Notes under the pieces: model-generated
Database searches by the model: none
Seen by the model: the letters and a program-made list of their open reading frames with translations, nothing else
What the model was told of the DNA's origin: nothing
Shown here: piece by piece, positions 29,641-40,856 of the stretch
Position numbering within the stretch: position 1 is the stretch's first letter
Layout of the letters: each line of letters begins with the position of its first letter
Source: Candidatus Aminicenantes bacterium
GTDB taxonomy: Bacteria > Acidobacteriota > Aminicenantia > Aminicenantales > Saccharicenantaceae
Direction: 5' to 3'
Length of the DNA stretch: 57,699 bases
Assembly (NCBI GenBank): GCA_002877915.1
Contig: PNJE01000079.1
Location: 1-57,699, forward strand
Made by a program: the position numbers and the translations under genes

Positions 29641-29647
29641 CTAACCC

Positions 29648-30619
29648 ATGAAGCTAAGAATAATAAAAAAAGAAGAAATAAATCTTCAGGATAAGCGATT
29701 TTTATTTACCCTGAAAAAGCCATCGGAAAAACTAATCCGAACAATAAAAGAAGTTGGCCTGGTCGAGCCTATCCAGGTAATAAAAAGGGGAGGGCATTTT
29801 ACCGTCGTTTCCGGCTGGAAAAGATTAGCGGCCGCCTTAGTTAGTGGATTGGGAAAATTGCCCGTTCTGGAGCTTCCTGAAAGCCTATCTGATAGGCAGG
29901 TTCTGAAAATGGTTTTTTTGACTGTTTGTAGCGCGGGGCAACTTTCTCTGGCTGAAAAGTCTTTGCTTATTCGAAGATTTAGCGAACTCGGACTTAAACC
30001 AGCAAAAATTATTACAGAGATTATGCCCTGGTTGGAATTGCCCCCGGACCGGCCGACTTTTGAGCTACTCTTAAGACTGTCAAAAAATGAAGAGATTCTC
30101 GAGGAGATACATACCCGGGATTGGAAATTGGGAACAGCTGAAATCTTCTTGAATTTTTCGGATGAAGAAAGAAAGGAGATATTAAATCTGATTAGTGGGA
30201 TTAGCCATAGCCAGCAAAAGGAAATTATTGAATGGCTATATATTCTGAAAAAAAGGCTGAAAAAAGATGTTGCCGCCATTCTGGCCGAGCCAGAAATTTC
30301 CTGCCTTCTTAATCTGCCCGATAAAAGAAGCCTAAAAGTAGCTGACCAGCTTATCTCAATATTGAAAAAAAAGGTCAGTCCCTTAGTTGAGCAAATCGGA
30401 GAACAGGTAAAAAAAGAAATTAAGAAGATGAATTTACCGCCACAGGTGAAAGTAAATTTTGACTCCACCCTTGAACGACCAGATTTAAAGGTAAGTTTTG
30501 AGGTGAGCTCTAAGGAGGAGCTTCAAAAAATAATATCTGGTCTAAATTTAAGTCTAACCGAAGAGAGTTGGGAATTAATTTTTACTCTTCTCCGGGGAAA
30601 GAAAAGTGAAGAAATCTAA
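29648..30619 (+). CDS. ParB/Srx N-terminal domain protein (non-canonical ParB)
   Basis: 'IKEVGLVEPIQV...VVSGWKRLAAA' matches ParB box I/II (GxxRxxA); no parA adjacent. Confidence 0.75.
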   Translation: MKLRIIKKEEINLQDKRFLFTLKKPSEKLIRTIKEVGLVEPIQVIKRGGHFTVVSGWKRLAAALVSGLGKLPVLELPESLSDRQVLKMVFLTVCSAGQLSLAEKSLLIRRFSELGLKPAKIITEIMPWLELPPDRPTFELLLRLSKNEEILEEIHTRDWKLGTAEIFLNFSDEERKEILNLISGISHSQQKEIIEWLYILKKRLKKDVAAILAEPEISCLLNLPDKRSLKVADQLISILKKKVSPLVEQIGEQVKKEIKKMNLPPQVKVNFDSTLERPDLKVSFEVSSKEELQKIISGLNLSLTEESWELIFTLLRGKKSEEI

Positions 30620-31697
30620 TTGGATAAAAAAGATATATCTGGATAAAGGGGCAGAGAATGAGCCTCTGAGCAGGAGGATTCTGGATAAATTGCCGGGCAT
30701 TCCAGTTGAACTGTTAGAAGATATTGAAAAGATTAAATTAGAGCTAAGATTGAACCCAGACCCAGTAGCTGAAAGTAAAAAAATAATCCTTTTGACTAAA
30801 CAAAAATCTTTTCTCCGCCCTTGTCCCTGTTCTCCTGGGGCAATTAGCTGCGGCTACTGGACAATTGACCTTGACCTGAATTGTCCCCTCGACTGCAGTT
30901 ATTGCATTCTTCAGTCTTATTTCGACCACCAACCGATGACTATTTCGATCAATCGGGAATCTCTAAAATCAGAATTGGATACCTTTTTTGAGAATAAAAA
31001 GAACCGGATATTAAGAGTAGGAACAGGAGAATTAGGGGATTCCTTAGCTTTAGATAACCTGACAGAAAATTCCATTTTTTTGGCCGGTCTTTTCCGAGGA
31101 AAAGAAAACTTCTTTTTGGAACTCAAGACTAAGACGGATAATATAGAACAGTTGCTCAAAATCAAAGCTCTACCTAATGTAATTATAGCCTGGTCATTAA
31201 ATACCGAAAGAATAATTGAGACTGAAGAAAAAGGAACAGCTAATCTGGAGAACAGGCTGAGGGCTGCCCTTCAAGTAATAAATCATGGTTATCGAGTAGC
31301 TTTTCACTTTGACCCGATTATTTATTATCAAGGATGGGAACAGGAATATCAGGAAATAATTAAAAAGCTTTTTAAGCTTATCCCCCTGGAAAAGATAGCC
31401 TGGATCAGCTTAGGAACGCTGCGATTTCCGGCCGCCTTTGTAAAAATACTTAGAAGACGTTTTCCGAATAATGAGATTTATAGTCAGGAATTTATTAAAT
31501 CCTGGGAGGGAAAGTATAGATATCCACGACCGCTCAGAACCAGAATTTATCTGGAAATGAAAAGAATGATAGCTGAATTCAAGGCTGAAAACAAGATCTA
31601 CCTTTGCATGGAATCAGCTTTAGTCTGGCGAGATTTTTTGGCGGAAAATAAAAGGGGAAAGCTGACTTCAGCCTTCCCCTTTCCTTGGCTAAGTTAG
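30606..31697 (+). CDS. Spore-photoproduct-lyase-like (SplB family) radical SAM protein
   Basis: CPLDCSYC (CxxxCxxC), ELKTK, WSLN, RLRAA, FHFDPII and YLCME; GTG start overlaps the ParB-like stop. Confidence 0.85.
   Translation: MKKSNWIKKIYLDKGAENEPLSRRILDKLPGIPVELLEDIEKIKLELRLNPDPVAESKKIILLTKQKSFLRPCPCSPGAISCGYWTIDLDLNCPLDCSYCILQSYFDHQPMTISINRESLKSELDTFFENKKNRILRVGTGELGDSLALDNLTENSIFLAGLFRGKENFFLELKTKTDNIEQLLKIKALPNVIIAWSLNTERIIETEEKGTANLENRLRAALQVINHGYRVAFHFDPIIYYQGWEQEYQEIIKKLFKLIPLEKIAWISLGTLRFPAAFVKILRRRFPNNEIYSQEFIKSWEGKYRYPRPLRTRIYLEMKRMIAEFKAENKIYLCMESALVWRDFLAENKRGKLTSAFPFPWLS
31646..31682 (-). terminator. Rho-independent terminator for tonB-exbB-exbD, embedded in the 3' end of the SplB-like gene
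   Basis: On the minus strand: AAAGGGGAAGGCTG-AAGT-CAGCTTTCCCCTTT followed by TATTTT; one G-U pair. Confidence 0.7.
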
Positions 31698-31714
31698 ATT
31701 AAATCCGGGGGGGA

Positions 31715-32152
31715 TTATTGTCCCTCAGTCGCTTTTCTCTCTGTGATAATACCTACCAGTTCAATTCCAGCTTCTCTGATTTTATCAATTACATCAATCA
31801 ATTTTCCAAACTCTAAGCTTTGATCTGCTCGCAGGTAAACTTTTTTCTCCGTGGCTGTAAGAAAGGCTTCTTCCAGAGCAGGGGCCAGCCCTTCAAGGGT
31901 TATTCTCTGCTCTTTATTTTGATCCTTCAGGAACAGGCTGCCATCGGCCTTAATTGATAGGACTACCTCGGGGCTATCGGGCATGTTAGAAGTATTTATG
32001 GCTGATGGGAGTTGAACATCAACACCCTTTTGAACCAGGGGGGTGACAACCATGAAGATAATCAGCAGAACCAAAAGAACATCACAAAGAGGAACGACAT
32101 TGGGCTCGGACTTTAGTTTTTCTTTTTCGCCCATTGATACTGAAAAAGCCAT
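31715..32152 (-). CDS. exbD: ExbD/TolR biopolymer transport protein
   Basis: PNVVPLCDVLLVLLIIFMV and LRAD. Confidence 0.9.
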   Translation of the reverse strand: MAFSVSMGEKEKLKSEPNVVPLCDVLLVLLIIFMVVTPLVQKGVDVQLPSAINTSNMPDSPEVVLSIKADGSLFLKDQNKEQRITLEGLAPALEEAFLTATEKKVYLRADQSLEFGKLIDVIDKIREAGIELVGIITERKATEGQ

Positions 32153-32187
32153 TGTCTTCCTCTCTTAAAAGAATTTTTTGGGAATAA

Positions 32188-32865
32188 TCACTTGGCCCCG
32201 GTAATGCGGATGAAGTAATCAACAATTTGAGAAGTGGTGTTCTCCATCTCAGTGTTATAGACCTCTATTCTCGTGTTGAGAGAATTAAAGGTCCAGAGGG
32301 CGATTACAGCCACGGCGATGCCGAAAGCGGTAGTAACCAGGGCTTCAGCAATACCGGAAGCCACCGCGCCGATACCGCCAGAACCGGTCAGAGCCATTCC
32401 GCGGAAAGCATTGATAATTCCGAAGATGGTTCCGAACAGTCCGATGAAGGGTGCTGAGGTGGCGATTGTGGCCATAATGCTCAAACCTCTCCTTAAATCC
32501 TGATTGAAGAGGGACTGGGCTCTCTCGCAGCCTCTCTGGGCTGACTCAATCTGTTCTTCCAAGGGAAGATTATTATCTTTACCGGCTAAAAATTCTTCAA
32601 TGCCGGCAGCAGTAATTCTGGCCAGATGGCTATTTTTAAAATCTTTCTTGGAAGCCAGAGCCAGAGCTTCTTTCAGCTGTCCATTCTTCATCAATTCAGC
32701 CAGTTTCGGAGCAACTTCCATTGATTTTTTTCTGGCTCGAGAAAAAGTCAGCTCACGTTCAATGAACAAATAAATGGTAATGATAGACAGAAGGATCAGG
32801 ATTGAGGCAACTGTTTTTGCCACAACACCCATGGACTGCCACATTTCAATCAATCCGAATTGCAT
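32188..32865 (-). CDS. exbB: MotA/TolQ/ExbB proton channel protein
   Basis: APFIGLFGTIFGIINAF and GIAEALVTTAFG. Confidence 0.9.
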   Translation of the reverse strand: MQFGLIEMWQSMGVVAKTVASILILLSIITIYLFIERELTFSRARKKSMEVAPKLAELMKNGQLKEALALASKKDFKNSHLARITAAGIEEFLAGKDNNLPLEEQIESAQRGCERAQSLFNQDLRRGLSIMATIATSAPFIGLFGTIFGIINAFRGMALTGSGGIGAVASGIAEALVTTAFGIAVAVIALWTFNSLNTRIEVYNTEMENTTSQIVDYFIRITGAK

Positions 32866-32910
32866 GTCTAAAACCTCCTTTTAAATATCGAAAGCCATTA
32901 TTAGCTTTTC

Positions 32911-33681
32911 TTACCTAAGCTTGAATGTTACTGTAACGGTAAAAATAACGCCTCTGGGTCGACCGTTAATTATCATCGGTTCATAGACCCATTGCTTTAC
33001 CGCATCAATTGCTGCCTGGTCGAGTAAGGGGACAGAACGTAAAACTTTAACCGATTGAACCCGGCCATAAATATCAGTAGTCGCTTCAAGAATTACTATA
33101 CCTTCCACTCGAGCCTGGCGCGCTATTTCTGGATAAACTGGTTCAACCCGGTGAATGAGCTTTGGCGGCTTAATTTCACCGATTGCTCGAACGGGTTCTT
33201 CAGCTTCGCCGACCGCTCCACCAAGAACTCCACCGACGACTCCACCGAGGACTCCTCCAACGACTCCCCCTTCGACTCCACCTTCGACTCCACCTTCAAC
33301 TCCAATATCAGAAACCTGTTCCTGGGCTATTTGATCAGGAATTTCAACTGGGGCCACTAACTTACCTGGCTCGACCGCGGCGGTCGCCTGAACGGCTTTT
33401 ATTGTTCGGGTGGAAGAAGATTTCTTTTTAGCTGGTGGTGGCGGTGGTGGTGGCGGCGGTGGTGGGGGAGCTAAGAAGGCACTATATACTTCTACCTTGG
33501 GCAACTGATCCGTAGATAGGAGTGGAATAACAATTATAGCAGCTACGAAAATAGCGTGGAGAACAATGGCAATTGGCAGGGCAAGCGCTTTCCTTTTAAT
33601 CCCCGACTCGGCCTTAAAAAACGAATCTTTGAAGAGTTGTGGATTCTCTTCTAGTTGGTTAGGCCTTTTTGCTTCTGGCAT
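32911..33681 (-). CDS. tonB: Energy transducer TonB
   Basis: TM with His, poly-Pro tract, (GGV)n linker, and TonB_C domain (VYPEIARQARVEG; LDQAAIDAVKQW). Start MPEAK has a GAGGT SD. Confidence 0.9.
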   Translation of the reverse strand: MPEAKRPNQLEENPQLFKDSFFKAESGIKRKALALPIAIVLHAIFVAAIIVIPLLSTDQLPKVEVYSAFLAPPPPPPPPPPPPAKKKSSSTRTIKAVQATAAVEPGKLVAPVEIPDQIAQEQVSDIGVEGGVEGGVEGGVVGGVLGGVVGGVLGGAVGEAEEPVRAIGEIKPPKLIHRVEPVYPEIARQARVEGIVILEATTDIYGRVQSVKVLRSVPLLDQAAIDAVKQWVYEPMIINGRPRGVIFTVTVTFKLR

Positions 33682-33757
33682 GTTAAACCTCACGCTATGG
33701 ATTAGATAAGATTAAAGTATAAATTAAATTTAATTTTTTTACAAGTCAAATTTATAA

Positions 33758-34930
33758 CTATTTTCGTACCTTTTTCTTATTTTTAAAAAGGCTATTCCAA
33801 AAGAGGACTACGGGGCAGGACATAAAAATAGTCGAATAAACGCCTTCGATCGAGCCTATAAGCATAACGAAGGCAAAATCGTTAATTACTTTGCCGCCAA
33901 AAAGAAATAAAGATAATACGGAAAGGAAAACCGTTCCTGAAGTGAAAATAGTTCTGGTTAAGTTTATATTTAGAGAGGCATTCATTATCTTTTCCAGCGG
34001 CTCTTTCCGCATAGTCTTTTGAAGTTCGCGGATCCGATCAAAGACAACAATAGTATCATTTATGGAATAACCTACAATCGTCAAGAAAGCGGCAATAATC
34101 GGCAAGTTTATTTCCCGGTTAGTAAAAGAATATATACTGAGAGCAATCAGGACATCTTGAGCCAGGGTGAAGATAGCAGAAGTCCCGTATTCTACTCCTT
34201 TAAATCTAAAGGCAATGTAAACCAGCATGGCAATAAGCGACCAGATGACGGCCTGAGTTGCCTTTTTCCGCAATTCCTTTCCGGCCTGAGGCCCAACAGT
34301 CTCTTTACTAAGGACAATCATCTCTCCCAAAAAAGTTTTCTTCTGAAGAAAGGTCAGAACTTCGTCGGGCAAAGAAACTTCCGGAGATTGCTTGAGCTGG
34401 TTTAAATCGGTAATTAAACCCTGCTTCGTCCGGAAGTCAACAATTCTGTTAGCCAGTTCTTCACCTTTATCAGGAAAAGCCTCAGTCAAAAGAGCAATTA
34501 GGCCTTTGCGGTCGATATTATTTAAATCAATTAACCCTTGGGCGACTTTTTGCTGATCTTCTTTACTTTGGAGAGCTTCGATGACCTTAGTGGCCAGGAC
34601 CTGGTGGCTTTCGATTTCCTGAGCTTTATTCCTGGTACTTTTTGTTTCTATCGTCCTGATTTGAAATTCGCGACCCTCTTTACCTAATTCCTGGATGATG
34701 CTATTTCCCAGGCCGACATCGCTCAACTGCTTCCTGATGGCGGAAACTGAAATCGGGTTTTTAAATTCAATCCTGATTAGGGTACCTTCACCAAAATCAA
34801 CACCCATCTTCAACCCATGGCCGAGGGTAATATTGAGAATACCGACCAGGATAATAACGAGCGTCAGTCCAAGGGCAATCCACTTATATTTAAGGAAATC
34901 AATGTTGGTGGTTTTTTTAAAGATTCTCAT
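33758..34930 (-). CDS. secF: Protein translocase subunit SecF with an HhH-like periplasmic insertion
   Basis: GVDFGEGT, VGPQAGKEL and GYSINDTIVVFDRIRE. Confidence 0.95.
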   Translation of the reverse strand: MRIFKKTTNIDFLKYKWIALGLTLVIILVGILNITLGHGLKMGVDFGEGTLIRIEFKNPISVSAIRKQLSDVGLGNSIIQELGKEGREFQIRTIETKSTRNKAQEIESHQVLATKVIEALQSKEDQQKVAQGLIDLNNIDRKGLIALLTEAFPDKGEELANRIVDFRTKQGLITDLNQLKQSPEVSLPDEVLTFLQKKTFLGEMIVLSKETVGPQAGKELRKKATQAVIWSLIAMLVYIAFRFKGVEYGTSAIFTLAQDVLIALSIYSFTNREINLPIIAAFLTIVGYSINDTIVVFDRIRELQKTMRKEPLEKIMNASLNINLTRTIFTSGTVFLSVLSLFLFGGKVINDFAFVMLIGSIEGVYSTIFMSCPVVLFWNSLFKNKKKVRK

Positions 34931-34931
34931 T

Positions 34932-36467
34932 TTAGATACTCAACCTCTTGGCATTTATGGGAACAAATAAATCGAAAATCAAACGGGAGACAAAAACGGC
35001 GGTAAATAAATTAGCTACCAGGCCGCAGATCAAGGTTACGGCATAACCTTTTATTGGCCCAGTTCCGAACTGAAACAAGAAGATAGCGGAAATGATGGTG
35101 GTTAAATTAGAGTCAAAAATAGCAGAAAAAGCCCGGCTAAAGCCAGCATTTATAGCGCTGGCCACATTCTTGCCGAGGGCTAATTCCTCCTTAATTCTTT
35201 CAAAGATGAGGATATTGGCGTCCACCGCCATTCCTATTCCCAAGATGATACCAGCAATACCCGGCAGGGTGAAAGTGGCTTTAAAGTAACCCATCGCCCC
35301 GAAAATAATAAGCTCATTCAATATAAGAGCGACGATAGCATTTACTCCTGACAGACGGTAATAAAAAATCATGAAGGCCATAACGGCGAAAATAGCCACC
35401 AACCCGGCAAATAATCCCTGGCGAATTGAGTCGGAACCAAGGGTCGGCCCAACTGTTCTTTCTTCAAGATATTTAATTCCGGCTGGCAGAGCTCCGGCTT
35501 TAAGAATTACCACTAAATCATCAGCTTCTTGCGGGGTGAAATGCCCCTGAATTATACCCGAATCTGAAATCCGGCTATTAATAACGGGAGCCGATTGCAA
35601 TTTACCGTCAAGAATTATCGCCAATTGTTTTCCGACGTTTTGGCCAGTTACCTGCTCGAATCTCCGGGCTCCATCGGGAGTAAGAGAGAAATGCACTGCT
35701 GGATTGTTCCATTCATCGGTTCCCCGGCGAACGGTCCGCAGGTCTTTTCCGGTGATCGAAGCCACCTTGCTCACTAAATAATATCCCTGGTAACCTCTTT
35801 TGGGATCGCCTTTAACAATTTCGGCGTCGTCCGGAACCTTGCCCCCAAATTCCTGGAGAAGAGTTTGTTCATCTTGAGCCGGACCAGCCTTGACCAGTTT
35901 GAATTCCAGAACGGCAGTTACCTTGATTAAATTTTTGACTCTTTCGGGATCATCTATTCCCGGAAGTTCAACCACAATTCGATCGGCCCCCTGTTTCTGG
36001 ATGATGGGCTCAGCCACGCCAAACTGATCAATTCGATTTCTTATGGTTTCCAGTGTCTGAGTAACAGCCTGATCCCGCAGAAAATTTTCTGCTGCCTGCT
36101 TCAATCTGAAAGTTACTCTATCGCCGGTAAAGGAATAATCCCAATCTCTGGTATACTGGTCAATTAGGTCTCTTATTTTTCCTTCCTGGTCGGCATTAGT
36201 TCCCTCGAAATAAAATCTCCCTGGATTTTCTTTGGCCGCTTTAGTATAGGTAATGTTGTTCTTTTTAAATAAATCTTCAAATCGGGCAATCTGTTGGTCG
36301 GTCTCAGCATTGATAGCATCGTCCGTCATTACCTGAAGAAGTAGGTGAGTGCCGCCCTTAAGGTCAAGTCCAAGCTTAATCTTATTTTTCGGAGGGTAAA
36401 TCAGAAAAATAGAGAGACCAATTATCGCCAGAACTAAACCTATTTTCCATTTTAGATTCTTTTTCAT
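34932..36467 (-). CDS. secD: Protein translocase subunit SecD
   Basis: LGLDLKGG, RIDQFGVAEP, AGALPA and GMAVDANILIFERIKEE. Confidence 0.96.
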   Translation of the reverse strand: MKKNLKWKIGLVLAIIGLSIFLIYPPKNKIKLGLDLKGGTHLLLQVMTDDAINAETDQQIARFEDLFKKNNITYTKAAKENPGRFYFEGTNADQEGKIRDLIDQYTRDWDYSFTGDRVTFRLKQAAENFLRDQAVTQTLETIRNRIDQFGVAEPIIQKQGADRIVVELPGIDDPERVKNLIKVTAVLEFKLVKAGPAQDEQTLLQEFGGKVPDDAEIVKGDPKRGYQGYYLVSKVASITGKDLRTVRRGTDEWNNPAVHFSLTPDGARRFEQVTGQNVGKQLAIILDGKLQSAPVINSRISDSGIIQGHFTPQEADDLVVILKAGALPAGIKYLEERTVGPTLGSDSIRQGLFAGLVAIFAVMAFMIFYYRLSGVNAIVALILNELIIFGAMGYFKATFTLPGIAGIILGIGMAVDANILIFERIKEELALGKNVASAINAGFSRAFSAIFDSNLTTIISAIFLFQFGTGPIKGYAVTLICGLVANLFTAVFVSRLIFDLFVPINAKRLSI

Positions 36468-36510
36468 CTTGACAATCTCTCTTCTGAAATAAATTTAACT
36501 AATATCTCAG

Positions 36511-36855
36511 CTAAGATTCTTTTTGTTCGGTTTTTTCTTTGTCAGAAAGAATTATAGCCACGGCGCTTTTGAGAATATCCACTTTGACATTGGCGGCAAT
36601 TTTAAGCTCGATTCGGTCGGGATGAACATCCATCACCGTACCGAAAATTCCGCCACTGGTAATGATCCGATCCCCCGGCCGTAGATTTTCCACCATCTGC
36701 TGGTGCTGTTTCTGTTTTTTCCTTTGAGGAAGAATAATCAACAGGTAGAAAATGACGAACACCAGAATGAAGGGAAGAAGACCCACCAAAAGGTTGGACT
36801 GGCCTGGAGAAGCGGCCGGTTGTTCAGAAATGCTCATTAAGGTTAAAAAGCTCAT
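36511..36855 (-). CDS. yajC: Preprotein translocase subunit YajC
   Basis: FYLLIILPQRKKQK and GDRIITSGGIFG; located between tgt and secD. Confidence 0.95.
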   Translation of the reverse strand: MSFLTLMSISEQPAASPGQSNLLVGLLPFILVFVIFYLLIILPQRKKQKQHQQMVENLRPGDRIITSGGIFGTVMDVHPDRIELKIAANVKVDILKSAVAIILSDKEKTEQKES

Positions 36856-36864
36856 CTGTTTTTC

Positions 36865-39053
<2,189 letters not shown>

Positions 39054-39059
39054 ACTTTA

Positions 39060-39088
39060 AGTAAAACCCTAAAAGGGTTATCTGTCAA
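39060..39088 (-). promoter_or_regulatory. Sigma70-type promoter for ychF-tgt-yajC-secDF
   Basis: TTGACA-17 nt-TTTACT, followed 6 nt later by the ychF ATG. Confidence 0.6.
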
Positions 39089-39176
39089 GACGCCTAAAAC
39101 TCTACACCTTTTATATTATATATTGAACTGAAAATCGATTAAGAGTATATTATCAAAAATGTTAAGGACTAATTAA

Positions 39177-39926
39177 ATGGCCAGACTCGGAAAGACGTTT
39201 GATAAAGAAATCGAGGAATTGAAGGAAAAAAGAGAAAAAAAGAAAAGGGAAAAAAGTGTTTTCCGGGAGTATTTTGAGCTAATTGCAGAAACAGCCGTCT
39301 TTGTCTTTTTTGTTATGACCTATGTGGTCCAGGCCTTTCAAATTCCAACCGGTTCTATGGAGCCGACCTTGCTGGTCGGAGATTTTCTGTTAGTAAATAA
39401 GTTCATCTATGCCCGACCAGTTTTTCCGATAGAATCAGTGATTTTACCTATTAAAAAATTGGAAAGAAAAGATATTGTGGTGTTTAAATATCCCCGTAAT
39501 TTAAGCCAGGATTTTGTAAAACGGGTTATTGCCCTCGAAGGGGAAAAAATTGAGATAAAAGATAAAGAAGTTTATATTAACGATAAACCCATAGAGGAGA
39601 GATATAAGGTTCATAACGATTCCCAGATTTTTCAAAAGGGAAATTATTATCAATATGATGATGTCATCCGGGATAATTTCGGACCAGTAGTAGTGCCTCC
39701 AGGACAAGTGTTTGTCATGGGGGATAATCGGGATAATAGTCTCGATAGCCGATATTGGAGCTTTCTTCCGATTTCTTATATCAAGGGCCGGCCCTGGCTG
39801 ATTTATTTTTCTTACGAAGCGGAAAAAGATGCCTATTTAAAAAATGGCCTTCAGGACAGGTTCAAAAAGTTTTTCCGTTTTATTTTCCGCACTCGCTGGA
39901 ATAGAATCCTGAAAGTAATCAATTAG
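39177..39926 (+). CDS. lepB: Signal peptidase I
   Basis: IPTGSMEPTL..GD, FVKRVI and MGDNRDNSLDSRYW. Confidence 0.95.
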   Translation: MARLGKTFDKEIEELKEKREKKKREKSVFREYFELIAETAVFVFFVMTYVVQAFQIPTGSMEPTLLVGDFLLVNKFIYARPVFPIESVILPIKKLERKDIVVFKYPRNLSQDFVKRVIALEGEKIEIKDKEVYINDKPIEERYKVHNDSQIFQKGNYYQYDDVIRDNFGPVVVPPGQVFVMGDNRDNSLDSRYWSFLPISYIKGRPWLIYFSYEAEKDAYLKNGLQDRFKKFFRFIFRTRWNRILKVIN

Positions 39927-40014
39927 AAGAAAACTCTTCCTATTTACCAAAAAGTATTGACCGGGAAATTTTTCTGCCATAAGATTAATGGCAGAAAGAA
40001 TTTTCAGGAATAAT

Positions 40015-40812
40015 ATGGGCAAAGCTTTAATCGGGCTGCTGACAGATTTTGGCACCGGAGATTATTTTGTAGCTTCACTCAAAGGGGTAATTTTATCTTT
40101 AAATCCCGAGGCTACTATTATTGACCTCACCCATGATCTCCCCGATTTCAATCTGCCAGCGGCTGCTTTTGTGCTCTGGGCCAGCTATCGCTTTTTTCCC
40201 GCAGGCACAATATTTATGGCCGTAGTTGACCCAGGAGTGGGCAGCGAGCGGCGGATTATTCTGGGCCGAAGTGAACGTTATTTTTTCGTCGGTCCGGACA
40301 ATGGAATTTTAGCCCCGGTTTTAGAAAGGGAAAGGGCTGAGGTCTACGAGGTAAAGGGAAAAAATTATTTTTTAACCGACCGGAAGACGAGCTTTGAGGC
40401 CAGGGATAAAATGGCTCCTCTGGCTGCCTGGTTGAGCTTGGGAATTCCTTTGAGTGAACTGGGACATCCGGTCTCCAGTTATGAACGGCTGGATTTCCCT
40501 GAGCCTGAAGTTAAGGGCAAAGAAATTAGGGGGATGATCATTTATCAAGATAAATTCGGCAATCTGGTAACCAATCTAAATCAGCAGTTATTGGTAAAAT
40601 TTTTAAACTCCGGACGAAATTCTAATCTGGTTCTTTGGGCCGGCAAGAAAAAAATCTCGGAAATGGCTTCCAGCTATGCTTTATCCTCCGGCGAAAAGCC
40701 TTTCTTTTTTATTAACAGCCTCGGTTTGCTGGAAATTGCTATCTATAAAAAATCCGCGGCAGAAGTTCTGGGCCTGGCTCCAGGAGAACCGGCCATACTC
40801 AAGGTTGAGTAA
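40015..40812 (+). CDS. SAM hydroxide adenosyltransferase / chlorinase-fluorinase family (DUF62)
   Basis: LLTDFG..D, IDLTH, VVDPGVGSER, GPDNG and DKFGNLVTN. Start 40015 is favoured because a TTGACC-17-TAAGAT promoter ends just before ATG 39988. Confidence 0.9.
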   Translation: MGKALIGLLTDFGTGDYFVASLKGVILSLNPEATIIDLTHDLPDFNLPAAAFVLWASYRFFPAGTIFMAVVDPGVGSERRIILGRSERYFFVGPDNGILAPVLERERAEVYEVKGKNYFLTDRKTSFEARDKMAPLAAWLSLGIPLSELGHPVSSYERLDFPEPEVKGKEIRGMIIYQDKFGNLVTNLNQQLLVKFLNSGRNSNLVLWAGKKKISEMASSYALSSGEKPFFFINSLGLLEIAIYKKSAAEVLGLAPGEPAILKVE

Positions 40813-40856
40813 AATTATCAGCTGCCTTAAAAATAATTAATTTTGGCAGACAAACT

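Noticed and set aside
29686-30468. 260-aa antisense ORF and the other short overlapping ORFs in the track (e.g. 4816-5334, 16273-16737, 34019-34405)
   Set aside because: They are shadows of well-supported genes on the opposite strand or frame, with no recognisable motifs.
33215-33470. Tandem 12-nt-like repeats and a GGT/GGC run
   Set aside because: They encode the ordinary GGVxGGV linker and poly-Pro tract of TonB; not a CRISPR array or VNTR.
39065-39079. Palindrome AACCCT-AAA-AGGGTT in the ychF promoter spacer as an operator
   Set aside because: It is a single short palindrome with no convincing second copy (3993-4006 is only loosely similar) and no cognate regulator nearby.
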